Numbered from the whole stretch's first letter, positions 21,801 to 34,634 are shown. The stretch: 63,966 nucleotides of DNA, filler included, from Folioceros fuciformis (GCA_049999805.1; 19 parts of 19 records of this genome joined end to end with filler, not necessarily neighbours in it), one strand, 5' to 3'. Notes: generated from the letters alone by a model not told the origin. A program made the numbers and translations.

Positions 21801-22028
21801 GAAGCTTGGCTTTGTACAGACACCTGCAGACTCCAATGTTTTCTTCTTTTCAGAAGACAGCAAGTTTGTTATATTAGCCCTGTATGTGGATGATGCCATC
21901 CTTGTTACTAACAATATGATTTTACTATCTAAAGTCAACGACATGCTGAGGGCAGAGTTTGAGATGACTGACCAAGGTGAGCTGCAATATTGCTTGGGTA
22001 TTCAAATTCTGAGACATCGTGACAAGGG
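18881..22028 (+). pseudogene. Decayed Copia gag-PR-IN-RT
   Basis: WFIDSGA, WHARLGH, MRSDNGGEF, QNGVAER, HQMDV and YVDD, with stops and frameshifts. Confidence 0.93.
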
Positions 22029-22211
22029 NNNNNNNNNNNNNNNNNNNNNNNNNNNNNNNNNNNNNNNNNNNNTTAATTAATTAANNNNNNNNNNNNNNNN
22101 NNNNNNNNNNNNNNNNNNNNNNNNNNNNAGCCGGGAGCCTCCAGGGCGGGGGGGGAGGGAGGGGGGCGAGGGCAAGGGCAAAGGCAAGAGCAAGGCGAGT
22201 GGTGGGAGGAG

Positions 22212-24497
22212 ATGGCAATGGCAGCGTGCGGTGGCGCACTGGTGGCGTCGACAGCTATTCTGGATTACTCCGCTGCAGGCGCAGGCACTCCATCTTCCTC
22301 TCACAACCTAATCAACTCACAGCCTATCCGTAATGGCAAGCAATTGCTCTCAGGCATTCCTCTTTTCCCTCAATCCAAAGCTGTTCTCCCATTTTACAAA
22401 GGCTCCAAGCTTCGATTGTTCTCCTCCCACGCCCCTCTTGCTCGCATCGGATGTGGTGAACGTTTTATTTCCAGTTTTGACGGGTTGAATAAGGGATTTG
22501 GCAAAGCAGGGCTTCGGGATCGATGTCAAGGTTCGGCCTTGATGCTCAGTGACTTGATGCGTGCGGGTGCTTTGAGTTTTTTTTTTTTTTTTTTTTTTTT
22601 TGGTTTTCTGCCTCGCATTCCCTCCTTGCTGCTTCTGATGTACATTCGCCGTATGTGGTGGTAGGCGTGATGTACATTCGCCGTATGTGGTGGTAGGCGT
22701 GGCTGTGGCTACATCTGTACGATGTGTTTCTTAATTTGTTTTGTTGTGATGGTTTCCTTATCCGTCGGTGGAGGGTGAGGTGCAGGGGGATGGAGAGCGA
22801 TTTCTTCTGTGCTTTGCAGCGAATTTTTTGAAATTTAATGCGGACTCCATATTTCTGTCTTCTGTGCGGCTTTTTTTTTTCCGGCCCCTATCAGCCTCGA
22901 GGCTTGTCTGCTCCCGGGAACATCATGTCACTCTGTGGTTTGCTACAGGAGATGTCAGGGCATCCGCAACAGCTGACCAAAGCGGGCGTCAAGGCAGCTC
23001 GGATCTGGTTGTGTGCTTTGGAGAAATGCTAATTGATTTTGTCCCGACAGTGGGAGGTCTTTCTCTCGCCAATGCGCCTGCTTTTAAGAAAGCACCTGGA
23101 GGAGCGCCTGCCAATGTTGCTGTTGGGATTGCACGGCTGGGCGGAAACTCTGCTTTCGTTGGGAAGGTATCTTGCTCATCTTTCTTCCTTCTCCCCGTGT
23201 TCAAGCAGACTTTGGGTTTTGTTTTTTTTTTTCTTCAAATTTTTTTAACCATTGGCTGTTTGGTGTTGTAGGTTGGGGATGACGAGTTCGGACATATGCT
23301 TGTTGACATTCTGAAAGAGAACCAAGTAGACAGCCGGGGAATACGGTTTGATGTGGGAGCGAGAACAGCCCTAGCGTTTGTTACTCTGAGGCACGATGGA
23401 GAGCGAGAATTCATGTTTTACCGCAATCCCAGCGCGGACATGCTGCTTGAGGCTTCTGAGCTTGATGTTGACCTTCTGAAGCAGGTTGATTCTTTGATAC
23501 CCGTGCCTACATGCAGCAGTTGTATCGTGTTAGGTAAGCTGGCCAGCTCTGGCGTCAATAAGCATCTGTTATTCAGCTGATTGGCTTCTATGTTCAGGCA
23601 TCGGTGTTGCACTATGGCTCGATCAGTCTGATTACCGAGCCTTGTAGATCTGCACACCTGGCTGCCATGCGAATCGCCAAAGAAGCCGGTGTTTTATTGT
23701 CATATGACCCCAACTTGAGGCTGCCCTTGTGGCCGTCTGCCGAAGCTGCTCGAGAAGGTATTAAAAGCATTTGGAACGAGGCTGACATTATCAAGGTACG
23801 TGGCAGTCACAAGAGTCTCAGTGGCTTGCTTGGAACGAACGACATCATCGGAAGGCTCACAGAAACGAAAGACCTCATCTTGTGAGAGGCGGATGGTTTG
23901 CAGGTGAGTGAAGAGGAAGTTGCCTTCTTGGCGGAGGGGTCCGACCCGTACAGTGACAAGGCTGCTCGATCATTGTGGCACGATAATCTAAAGCTGCTGT
24001 TGGTGACTGAGGGTCGGGAGGGATGTCGCTATTACACGAAGGTCTGATAACTTTCTTTCCTTCCTGGCCTCGCTGTGCGAGCTTTCGTAAAGGCAGGAAA
24101 AGTGGGTGATCACTTATTACGTGATACCATTTCCACGTTACAGGACTTCAGCGGGAGAGTTGCAGGTCATCCAGTGCAGGCTGTGGATACCACAGGTGCA
24201 GGCGATGCATTCGTCGGTGGGTTTTTGACCCAGCTGGCTGGGGACATGAATCTTTATAAGGTAAGATTCTATTACAGCGACATAGATGGCTAGTTGTGTG
24301 GAGGCAAGCAATGGTTCTGTGCCTGATAAAGCAATATGCTGTGTATGCTGTGGCGGGGGCAGAATGAGGAGCGTTTGACAGAGGCTCTGCGGTTTGCGAA
24401 TGCCTGCGGCGCAATTACAACTACGGAGCGAGGGGCTATTCCTGCTCTGCCGGACAAGGACACTGTTTTGAAGCTCATGAGTAAAATTCTAGCATAA
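22212..24497 (+). CDS. FRK: Fructokinase (pfkB family) with N-terminal transit-peptide-like extension, 7 exons
   Basis: Exons 22212-22530, 22949-23166, 23272-23484, 23598-23795, 23904-24041, 24144-24260 and 24363-24497, all GT-AG. Motifs [48 protein letters not shown] and ANACGA. Confidence 0.95.
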
Positions 24498-25954
24498 TCT
24501 CTCCCGCGAATGTCCACGGTTGAATTAGTTTTTTTGTCTTTTTCCAGACGGAAGAGAATATTTACACTATTTGTACCTTATGCTTCCATTTTTTTATTTG
24601 TATAGTGGGGGTGGGGCTCTTTCTCCCAAAATGGGTTATCGTTTCCTGTCTTGCTTGGAAATGCTAGGACTTCTGTTCATCACTCGCTCTCTAATCGGTC
24701 TAGCGCTATGGCTACTCTTCTCCTCACGTTGAATGAACCAAGAATCTAGGCATCTGGCGGGAATATATGTATTTAGGCCATGCAATGTAGAACAACTGTA
24801 GCAGGTTGTCCTTTCAAGTGTTTCTAATGATGTTGAGTTTCTAATGTTGCTGTGTTTGTGTGCAATCACCATGTGGGTTGTCGGTGATTGGATATTTACA
24901 GATCGGTCGAAAACTTTCAATCAGGCGAACCAACCGCCCTGGGAAGGCCTGTCCCGATGGAGGTTTCCCAATCGAGCAAGTGACAGTGAGTAGATGTCGG
25001 GCGTGCTGAAGAACAACTGGTGAATGATGATGGGGGTTGGGGATCTGGCTCTGGCTCTGGCTTCGAAGGCGATGTGATGGATCGCAACAGGGTACCCGAG
25101 GATCAATTGGAAGAACCAAAAATGCGACCATATGCGTCATTGAAGACAAATCAAGAGGTAGGTGAAGGCCAGGTGCTACCTAGAGGCTAGTACTACCGAT
25201 GTAGTACCTACCGACAGCTCCACCCAAAACCTTTTACAGCCCCCAGTTGTGGTGACTTTTGGGGGCTGATCCCGACGATTCTGGCGTTTTGTTCTATTCT
25301 GGCTAGTACATACAGTACATCGTTTTCTTTTAAGTGAAGGTTATCCATGGGAACTGTAACATCTAGTTGCTGGTAAGGAAGAACCTTCGAGGAATATCTT
25401 GCTCCTGTGGGTGTTGAGGAACCTTCCTTGCTGATAAGGAAGAACTTTTCTTCCGAAGTTTGCCTTGTACCGACCACAGCTGTGTTTCCGAGGACGGACG
25501 AGGAACAATGCAGCTTCTGTGCCTGTGATCATGAAAAGAATGCACACATAAGTTTTGAGGGCTGTCAGGGGCGATGTCTTCAAGGGGTACAGATTCGGAA
25601 TTTCTGCCTTGCGCCAATCGGACCAGTGTTGTTTCGTTGTCCAAACATGTCCTGCCATCCCGAAACCACGGCGTCGGGGTCGGAACAGGGTCGAAACGAG
25701 TTGTTGAATCAACCCAGACAATAATGAAGTAGGCATGCACGTCACTCCAAAAAGGCTCTTGTTGAGGGTACTGCACCTACTTTGAGGGTGGGCATGCACG
25801 TCACTCCAAGTGGCTTTCAATTGGGGGTAGGCATAGGCATGCACGTCACTCCAAACGGCTCTTGAAAGGGAGTATATACTGCTATCAATTACAGGCTTGC
25901 ATAGCTCGGGCACGGGCACATGAGTCCTGATAGCTCACAGAGCTAATATCTCAT

Positions 25955-27907
25955 TTAGCGAGGAGTGACGTCCACCTGGGTGCCGCTGAGAAGGACATTC
26001 GTGGATGGCTCGGAGTCGGTCCCGGGAGCTCCATGATCAGGAGTCTGCTTGTAGTGATAGCTATGAACGCCGGAGTCTACGCTTACATTCTCTGCAAAAG
26101 CCCAGGGCATGGTGTGCCACATGTCCTCCAGATCGCGCACAACCTCCAGAATGGTCGGCCTCCCGTCAGGGTTGTCAAGGCAACAAGCCAGAGCCAGGCG
26201 CGCCATCGGCTCGAACATCTGTGCCGGGTACTCCGCCAGACAAGGATCCAGAACCGACCCTAACGTCCCAGCCTGGTAAGCCGCCTTCACCTCCCGCACA
26301 ATGTTCTTCCCCTGAGTGATGGGATGCATGCCCGTCACCAGCTCCAACAGCACCACCCCGAAGCTGTAAACATCGCTCTTGTCAGTCAGCTTGTGCGTGA
26401 GAAAATACTCGGGATCCAAATACCCCGGCGTCCCCTTCACCACCGTCGACACATGCCCGGGGCCCGATCCCTCCTGCTCCGGCGCCGGCGCCAGCTTCGA
26501 CAGCCCGAAATCCGCAACCTTAGCATTCCGCTTTCCGTCCAGCAGAATGTTGCTAGCCTTGATGTCTCTGTGGAAAATCGGCGGGCTCGCCTCGTTGTGC
26601 AGGTACGCAATCCCCCGTGCGCTCCCCAGCGCAATTCGCAGTCGCGTCGGGAAATCCAGCTCTGGCACCCCGCCATGCGACGCCGCGCTCAGATTATCCC
26701 GCAGCGTCCCCCCTTGCATGTACTCGTACACCAGCATCTGCTCCCCTTTGTCATCGCAGTACCCTATCAACCCTACCAGATTCCGGTGATGCACCCGCGA
26801 CAAGAGCTCGATTTCGGTGTAGAACTCCCGACTCCCTTGCAAACTCCCCTCCTCCGCCCGCTTGATCGCCACCGACACCACCCTCGTCTTCGTAACCCTA
26901 ACATTCTCCCCCTCGGCGCCATCCTTCCCTCCGCCGCCTTGACCATCTCGATGCGGTCTCACTTGCGCTTGACCTTTTTCATCTTTCGCTCTCACCAAGC
27001 ACTCAGCAGCATTCTCATCCTGCTCCTGGTGATGCCCATGCAACCCTGATACATCATCCGGAACCTCTATCTCCAACTCTCCTCGAAACACCTTCCCGTA
27101 CCCGCCCTGCCCGAGCTTCCGATCATCGCTGAAGTAGTCGGTAGCCACACAGAGCTCGTCGAAGGTGAACTCCCGCACCCCGGAGATGTTGAGCTTGTAC
27201 TGGCTCCCAAACCCTGACTCTCTCCTCCTCCTGGTGAGGAGGACCCGCTGAAGCGCGGGCGGGACCTTCTTGTTCCGGAAGAACCACAACCCCACGAGCC
27301 CGACCACCACGGCCGTCACCGCCACAGCCCCGACCACGATCCCAACCACAGCGCCCGCGCTGAGCCCGCCGCCTTTGGCCCCCGCCGTCCCGTTCTGGCT
27401 CGCGTAGTACCCGGCGTCCCAGTCGATGAACTCGTAAGGCCCGAACCAGGCATTGTCCGGGAGCTTCCAGTTGGAGAAGACGAAGAGCAGGCTATTCACC
27501 TGCTCCATGGTGAAGAACTGGTGTTCCGGCCCGCTCGGGAAGAGCTGCAGATCCAGCCGGAGCCGAGGCCCCGGCTCCCACGTGAAATCCCGCACCGCCA
27601 CCTGGTCCCATGACAGCGGGACGGTGTTGTTGGTGGCCTCGGAGATGGCGGCCGCGAAGTAGATGGTGTAATTGGTGCGGAACGGCGCGAAGATGGTGAA
27701 GCCCGGGGATTTGAGGCGCTGCACCACCGAGACCGGGTAGAGGCAGCTGCAGATGTCGTTGACGAGCTGCGGGGCAGAAAACTTGGCGGGGCACTCGATG
27801 CCGAGGCAGTCGGGCGCCGCTTCCCCGTGATTCACCGCGCCTTCCAGGTCGCTTTCATCCTCGCCTCTGGGAGTGCATTCGGTAAACCTGGAGGCCGTGA
27901 TCGGGCA
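25955..27907 (-). CDS. Receptor-like Ser/Thr kinase, LRR-VIII-1-like; 5' end lost at gap
   Basis: Juxtamembrane ectodomain CSC...RLKSPGF...WEPGPRL...FGPYE, TM helix, kinase LGQGGYGKV, HRDIKASN, DFGLS and VKGTPGYLDPEY. The frame stays open to the gap; no introns seen. Confidence 0.92.
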   Translation of the reverse strand, partial: CPITASRFTECTPRGEDESDLEGAVNHGEAAPDCLGIECPAKFSAPQLVNDICSCLYPVSVVQRLKSPGFTIFAPFRTNYTIYFAAAISEATNNTVPLSWDQVAVRDFTWEPGPRLRLDLQLFPSGPEHQFFTMEQVNSLLFVFSNWKLPDNAWFGPYEFIDWDAGYYASQNGTAGAKGGGLSAGAVVGIVVGAVAVTAVVVGLVGLWFFRNKKVPPALQRVLLTRRRRESGFGSQYKLNISGVREFTFDELCVATDYFSDDRKLGQGGYGKVFRGELEIEVPDDVSGLHGHHQEQDENAAECLVRAKDEKGQAQVRPHRDGQGGGGKDGAEGENVRVTKTRVVSVAIKRAEEGSLQGSREFYTEIELLSRVHHRNLVGLIGYCDDKGEQMLVYEYMQGGTLRDNLSAASHGGVPELDFPTRLRIALGSARGIAYLHNEASPPIFHRDIKASNILLDGKRNAKVADFGLSKLAPAPEQEGSGPGHVSTVVKGTPGYLDPEYFLTHKLTDKSDVYSFGVVLLELVTGMHPITQGKNIVREVKAAYQAGTLGSVLDPCLAEYPAQMFEPMARLALACCLDNPDGRPTILEVVRDLEDMWHTMPWAFAENVSVDSGVHSYHYKQTPDHGAPGTDSEPSTNVLLSGTQVDVTPR

Positions 27908-28007
27908 NNNNNNNNNNNNNNNNNNNNNNNNNNNNNNNNNNNNNNNNNNNNTTAATTAATTAANNNNNNNNNNNNNNNNNNNNNNNNNNNNNNNNNNNNN
28001 NNNNNNN

Positions 28008-29760
28008 CGGCACCTCTCCACGGGCACACCCCACCCCTACTTCGCATTTCCCACGGTCACGGGTTAGCTAGACCGCTATCTCCTATCATCCTATCTTATC
28101 TAGCCCCCTTTCTAACATAGTCTCCTAATTATCTCTCCAAAGAATTCTATCAAAACTCCAAAAAAAACAAATACTACCCATTTTTAAGACACCTATCTAC
28201 CATGTGGTCTCCACAAGGAGTCAGAGCCTTGGCCATGGTGAGTTGTGGCATGGGACACCACCAAAACACAACACTATGGAGATGATGGCCATGATGGTGC
28301 ACTTGGTGGAGTGAGCCCAGCCAGATGCGAGATTGAGGCTTAGGGTACATTGGCGGCTATCCAAGCAAGGTTACGGGATTTGGGACTTTATGACAAAAAA
28401 TTGCACAAGCAGAGATCAGCATGGGGCACTAGCTGTCACATTGGGCTTTGTTAGCAAAGAGCGGAACTTAATCCTTAGGCTCTACTAGCAGAGAGAGGAA
28501 CTCAATCCTTCGGTCTAGACGTATGAGTGCTCATGTGTCAGTTGCTTACCAGGAGAGGATGGGAGATTGAGCCATACAACAAGAGGCCTAGACACGAGCA
28601 TGAGTTCCGTAAACGTGAGCTGCTGGAGAGCGTGTGCTACTGATCAACAAGCAGGATGTCATATCCAGTAGGAAGGCACTGTGAGCTGCCGATCAAGACC
28701 ATGCCAGAGCTAGCTAAGTGCAATTGGGCTTGAACTAGTATGTGAGCAAAATACGGACTCATGTGCCCCCCCCCCCCCCCCCTCATTCTTTTCTTCCTCC
28801 TTCCTCCAATGATTTCTCCTTAAAGAGTTATGGTGTTCACGGGATAACCTCACTCGCTTAGGGTTTACCCTTGATTAGTTGTGGTTAGTTAAGTTTAGTT
28901 TAGTTTAATTATTCAAAGATCACTTTAGCGAAGAGATGCCTAGCATAGATAATATGCACTCTTTACATTACTTTGTAATTACTATTTGTTAATTTATTGC
29001 CTTATGATTCATAATCTCTCCTGCTCTCCATTTATGTCATGGTATCAGAGCAAGGCTCTTTATGATTATGTGTGAATGATAACCAGACTCATGCATGTAC
29101 TGGCATTATCTCACATTTGATGGCAACCATGACTATGTTGCCATTAAATCTTTACAAAGGTTGGACCTCAGATTCTGGACAGGACTGGTTTTCAACCTCC
29201 GATCCTACAAAATTCCGCTGCGTAGGAGCATGAGAGATTCTCTACTAAATCATGTATGGAATCTCAGTAATTCCAATTATTAATTTTATTAAGAGAACAA
29301 AAGCTGACACTGTTGCAGAGGAAGAACAATAGGGACTTTAGCAAAGTCACACAATTATTTCTAAATAATTTTGGAACTATGCTCAAGCCCACATTGCTCC
29401 TCTTGCACACAACTACCAGTTACAATGTCTGAATAATTTTAGATATGATTGCTACACTTTTTCTACAGCATGCCTCATCGGAGGCGTAGTTACCGTAACC
29501 CTGCAGATATATCCGCACAAAAATGACACTCATATCAGCCCAACTTACCTGAATTATAGCTGGGATCTGCTATATCAGGAATTCACAAATTGGGTGATGG
29601 TGTAGAAAGTGACTACCTGCTCTGGAGCATTCAAAATTTGCAGGATCAATTGACTAATGTGCTTCTTATGCAGGATGCAAAAATCGTGCAACAAAATTCA
29701 ATTGTAATTGCAAAAATTGATCAGATCAGTGAACAAATGGGTCAAATTTGTGCGCGCTAG
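28008..29760 (+). mobile_element. LTR retrotransposon 5' end: LTR ending ...TGTCA at 29039, PBS, decayed leader
   Basis: Canonical TGGTATCAGAGC at 29040-29051 directly after TGTCA; LTR start not resolved. Confidence 0.65.
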
Positions 29761-30200
29761 AAGCTTCTTCTCAGGGAATTCCAGCAATTGGATTATCCTG
29801 AACCCTTGTCCATAGTGCAACCAGCCATGGGATTGTATCTTCCAACCCTGTTGCCCACTCCTAGAAAGTCGGATGCACAAACGAGTTAGGGTTTTCACAT
29901 GAATGTCGAACTCATGTGAACCGGTGTACCCCTTGGCAGTTAGGGTTTTCACATTGATGTCCAAATCCTGTGAATCGGTAGACCCCTTGGAAGTTAGGGT
30001 CTTCTAGTTTTTTACTTTTTCGGTGCTGCCATGTCTCTTGGTGTCTTATTGATGCCTCTTTCTCCTAGTTCATACTTGTTCATTTCTCCTGCACAGGCAA
30101 ATATCTTGATTAGTCAATCTCTTCGGTGTTGACCACATAGCCCTTAAAACACCCGCCCTAAACACACGCCCAGGTTATCCTACTACTGTGACTAGCATTA

Positions 30201-30569
30201 TGTGAACCTCCAAAGTTTGGGGTAGTGGTTTGTTTTGGTTGAAAAAGGGTGAATAGTGGTATGGTTTGGTTTTCTTTTTCTACTTATTTTCCCTAATTTT
30301 CCTTTATTTTCTGGTCAGTTTTCCTATTTTTCTTTGTGCTAATTAGGTTCATTGACTAGGAAATAGTTGGTTTGGTTATAAGAGTGGGTATAGGTTTGGT
30401 CCCAGACCTGGGAAGGTTTAGGTTCGGTACCAGGCCATAGGGTTGGGTGATTAGTTTAATATTAATTAAAGATATATAACATTAAATGATTAAATAATAA
30501 TATAATAATATTAAATAATAAAAATAATATAATAATGGTTTGAACATAGGAACGGGTATCTGGGTATGT
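30201..30569 (+). repeat. Dispersed LTR-like repeat, copy 2
   Basis: Near-identical to 11421-11780. Confidence 0.8.
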
Positions 30570-31205
30570 NNNNNNNNNNNNNNNNNNNNNNNNNNNNNNN
30601 NNNNNNNNNNNNNTTAATTAATTAANNNNNNNNNNNNNNNNNNNNNNNNNNNNNNNNNNNNNNNNNNNNGGTGAAATCAAGCTGGAAAATTCTCCCAACC
30701 TGGCAATGCAACGAACCACAAGAACCTCTAGGAGACAAAGACACAGCAGGGACGAAGTATGGCTGTCTATTGGAACAAGACAAACATCAACAATCCGAGA
30801 ATCCATGGCTGGGTGCCTACATATATAGGCAAAAACCCCCAGGAGTTCTCGATGAAGTGTCCACCCGTATCGATGGTGGGCACTTTATAATCCTACTTTC
30901 CTTGATTTATGATTTTTATGTATTTTCTAATATCTTCTAATATAAATCTGCTATCTATATATGCGGCATAGCACCGCGCCTTTCATGCACAACCATGCAT
31001 ATAGGTTGCATGCGCCATGACACATCACCTGCCACATGTCCACATACATCACATGTCATCCTTCATCTCCATATGCATGCATACATGGCACACATGCATA
31101 TATGGCATACATATCATGTGCAGGCCATCCATGGGCCATGTACATGACATCATCAAGCACTTCAGCATCAGGGCTTATGCCCGAGATGCTCCAGTCAGTA
31201 TCTAG

Positions 31206-32034
31206 TCATAGAGTCTTAGGTGCTCTGTTTCCCATACAGCAACAGCATGACATGCTCACAAATCGATTCCCTAGTGGAATCTGTAACAACCACATTAGCA
31301 ACACAAACCTGTTCTCCTCTAGTGAAGAAAAGGTCGGCTTTAAGGCTTTAAGTGAAACCCCATTGCGAAACCCACACTCCCTAGCCATTGAGAACATGAC
31401 ATCTCGAACTGTAGCATGAGTGGCAATGCGGTGCCCCCCAACGAGACATTGTGCCAAGTGGGAACCTGTATAGACGATGGCAACCCCACAACTGCATGTA
31501 GAGAGAGAAAAAGCCAAGGGTGGGCCAAACCTAAGCGAAATCTCATCGTGGTGGTGAAAGTTGATGGTGCGATTTGAAATGCTTGGATGCAAAGTCGAGC
31601 TAAAATCTAAGAGCCCACTCCTTTACCTGAGCAAGATCAAATACGAGCTCGAGAAGACTAAGGATGGATGGATGAGTCTGAAAGAAGGGCTCTTAGTGCT
31701 TGGCCATATTGCTTTTCTAGGAGGGAGGCTTAGAGACCCTTCAACCTTTCCCTAGAAAAGGAGGTGAAAGGAGATAGAGCCTCATGAGCCTCCTAAGGTA
31801 GAGAATCCTTCGCTTGCCTAAGAAGAGACACTTATAAAGGGAAAACGCCCTCCTCAACACTTGAAATAAAACTTTCAAGAAAAGAGAAATCTTGTAGCAA
31901 AAAATGAGAGGCCAAAATTGAAGCTGACAAGCCTTCATGGACAAAAAGACCAGCGACCGGCAAAAGAAGCCTTCTTCCGAGAATCTGAATGAGGTTAGCT
32001 TCTTTTCCAAGTATTTGAATAGATGGCTTGTCAT
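31206..32034 (-). pseudogene. Decayed non-LTR retrotransposon C-terminus (CRE-like, CCHC plus restriction-like endonuclease)
   Basis: LRFGPP...CSCG...GSHLAQCLVGGHRIATHATVRD...ARECG, followed by a frameshifted D...DVVVADP-like region. Confidence 0.5.
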
Positions 32035-33714
32035 CGCTTATTTAATTAAACACTCGTTCCTTCATTGAACTTCCGAACGTCTGGTTTACGCGAGGTTCCC
32101 TGGTGCGCACGCAATCACTTTCCCGTGCTCGGCAGTGGCACGGGATATCTCATCCTTCTCGGCAACCAGGCAACCCTCAGGCTCCGATCCCAGCACCCAG
32201 ACATCCCTTCATTATCGACAGCAGGTTCAGGATCGGCCTCGATCACTTCAGCGCATAGCTTCCCAGTTCGAAGCGAGGGTCTTCCTACTAGTCTCAGCGA
32301 GGTAGAGAACCCGATCCGGGACTCATGGAGCAGACCAGATTCTTGCCTTGAGCTGTTCACGTGTTCCGTCTGTCGACCTTCTCTGCCTTGCCATGACAGC
32401 GTGACTCCTCGTCTCATATGTAAGCTGTTGTTTTGTCTGCGAGGGTTCGGACTAGCTAGCTTCTCACGATGCTTCGCCTATGTGCTACTGCCGTAACGGT
32501 ACCTGCGGAAGCCACGAGGAATCTTTTCTCTCATTCGTCCACGGGCCACGGGCCGCGGCNNNNNNNNNNNNNNNNNNNNNNNNNNNNNNNNNNNNNNNNN
32601 NNNTTAATTAATTAANNNNNNNNNNNNNNNNNNNNNNNNNNNNNNNNNNNNNNNNNNNNAACCCTAAACCCCATACTCTAAACCCTAAACCCTAAGAGTA
32701 ATTAGTTTTTTTAAATAGTTTTAAAAAATAATTCCTTTATGGCTTTACTAAGCCTCCAAGTTTAGACAACAATTTTTTCAAGTACAAATTGTCTAGAGGA
32801 ATCCGAAAAAAAAATTATTGAATTTAAGTCGGGATCAGACCTAAGTTTTACTGAGGTCTGATCCCGGTCTTGCTACGCATTACAAAGAAGACAAAAGCAA
32901 ATTATTATTATCTCCGCGAGGAGAGGTAAGAACAGCCCCAAGCCCCAAGCCTGAAGCCCCCTCACTTCGGGGACAGCCCGAAGCCCTAAACCTAGTGGCA
33001 CTAAATAATAAAGAGATGACATCACATTTGAATAGAACCAAGCCCTACGCCAAAAGGAAAAAGTTCATTGGCCTCGAACTCTAGTCATTCTAAGGAGACC
33101 ATTCTAAGCTTTGCATTGGCTTGAAAGCAAACTATCCAAGAAGATGGAGTACTTAGACCACAAGCTTTGGAGTGGTTTGAACTCGGAGTACTCTGACCAC
33201 ACAATCTTTGGAATGGTTTGAAAGCGGACTATCCAAGAAATTGAGGTGGACTCTACTATGTAACAAACGGGCTTTCCCATAAACCGCTCTCCCTGGAAAG
33301 TTTGGAAGAAACGGGGCTATGCATCAGTTGTAAACAAGCTTATCCATAATAAGTGGAAGATGGGGTTCTAAAGTTGTTCTTCACGTTTCAGTAAGATCTC
33401 GAAATTAAGTGCGTCAACTAAGGGTACGCAATGCCCACAATTGTAGACCATGGGTACCTCGGGGACATGGGTCATTCAGACAGACATAAGCGACCGTGTT
33501 CATTCATATTCCCCCCCTGCACAAAGAGGGACAGTAAGAAAAGTGAGACGAACTGTCAGTGACCAATTTCCGATGGACAGTTGACCAACCTGACTAGTGT
33601 CAATGGAGATGACAATTTTCTCAACCTAAACCGACCCCGAGCCTCTGTAGCAAATTGGCAGGTGAACAAAAAACAAAATACGTAAGCAGGATCAAAGACC
33701 CTAATAACAGACAT

Positions 33715-34443
33715 TCAAATGCCTTGTTCATCAGGTGTTAGAAGATGATCAATGTGGCTGGCGATGGGAGCTGAATTAGGCATAGCTGGGACCCGCAGCA
33801 AAGACGATTCGTCGGGGAGAGAAGGGCGCCGAGACTCAACTTCCGCAGCCCAATCAACTCCCACAGGGGTCTTCAATAGTCCTGCAGTGTTCGTGAAGAA
33901 CTCGTCTAGCTTTTGATGCCTCGACGTCTCGTACTCCATGGCTTGCAACTGCAGCTCCACCTTATCCAAATCCTTCACGAACTTGGCTTCTGGCGTCACG
34001 CCAGCTTCGTACTCCCACCAGAGTGCTTCTATGGTATCGGCCCCAGTTCCCGACCCCAACTTGTTGCAGAGAGTGCGGATGGCGTTCTCCTCCAGAGTGT
34101 GTTTTTCCTCCTTCGTTTTCCCGCAATGAGGGGTGATGTCCCCCACAAGCGCCTCCGCAATGTCATGCACAACAGCCAGACTCACGCACTTGTTCGCGTC
34201 CACACCCTCCTGCTTGGGAGCAACTAGTGCCATTATCGCCATGCGATACATGTGGTCAGCCACGGATTCGGTATTCTCCAAGCCCTGCAAGTGCCAACCC
34301 CTGCGAACGGTTGTCTTCAGCAATCCCACGTCCATGAGAAAGTCTATGGTAGAGGCCACGGACTGCGAGCGCCTGTCCGATCCCGCTTTGTCAGCATCAA
34401 CGGGGACCTCCGGTGCATTGGAAGTCAGAGCTGAACTGGCCAT
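33715..34443 (-). CDS. HD-domain 5'-deoxynucleotidase-like protein (HDDC2/YfbR family), intronless, 242 aa
   Basis: LK..RRGW, ESVADHMYRMA, VHDIAEALVGDITP, WWEYE, EAKFVKDLDKVE and QAMEYE. Confidence 0.92.
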   Translation of the reverse strand: MASSALTSNAPEVPVDADKAGSDRRSQSVASTIDFLMDVGLLKTTVRRGWHLQGLENTESVADHMYRMAIMALVAPKQEGVDANKCVSLAVVHDIAEALVGDITPHCGKTKEEKHTLEENAIRTLCNKLGSGTGADTIEALWWEYEAGVTPEAKFVKDLDKVELQLQAMEYETSRHQKLDEFFTNTAGLLKTPVGVDWAAEVESRRPSLPDESSLLRVPAMPNSAPIASHIDHLLTPDEQGI

Positions 34444-34634
34444 TTTGGCGATGAGATCTCAGCTTCCGTGAGCTCAAGCCCAAAGACAGCACACTAGACA
34501 CAGTCACGAGATCGTGTTACAAGCAAACTAGACANNNNNNNNNNNNNNNNNNNNNNNNNNNNNNNNNNNNNNNNNNNNNNNNNNNNNNNNNNNNNNNNNN
34601 NNNNNNNNNNNNNNNNNNNNNNNNNNNNNNNNNN

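Noticed and set aside
25208-25919. Overlapping ORFs of 89-192 aa downstream of the RLK
   Set aside because: No recognisable domain; built partly from short repeats (GCATGCACGTCACTCCAA, 3 copies); probably 3' UTR or intergenic.
26005-27662. Long plus-strand ORFs opposite the RLK, and similar ones opposite the PPR and HD genes
   Set aside because: Shadow ORFs of GC-rich coding sequence.
32830-32866. 13-bp-stem hairpin CGGGATCAGACCT...AGGTCTGATCCCG
   Set aside because: Isolated, with no CTRR end, TSD or second copy to tie it to a Helitron or MITE.
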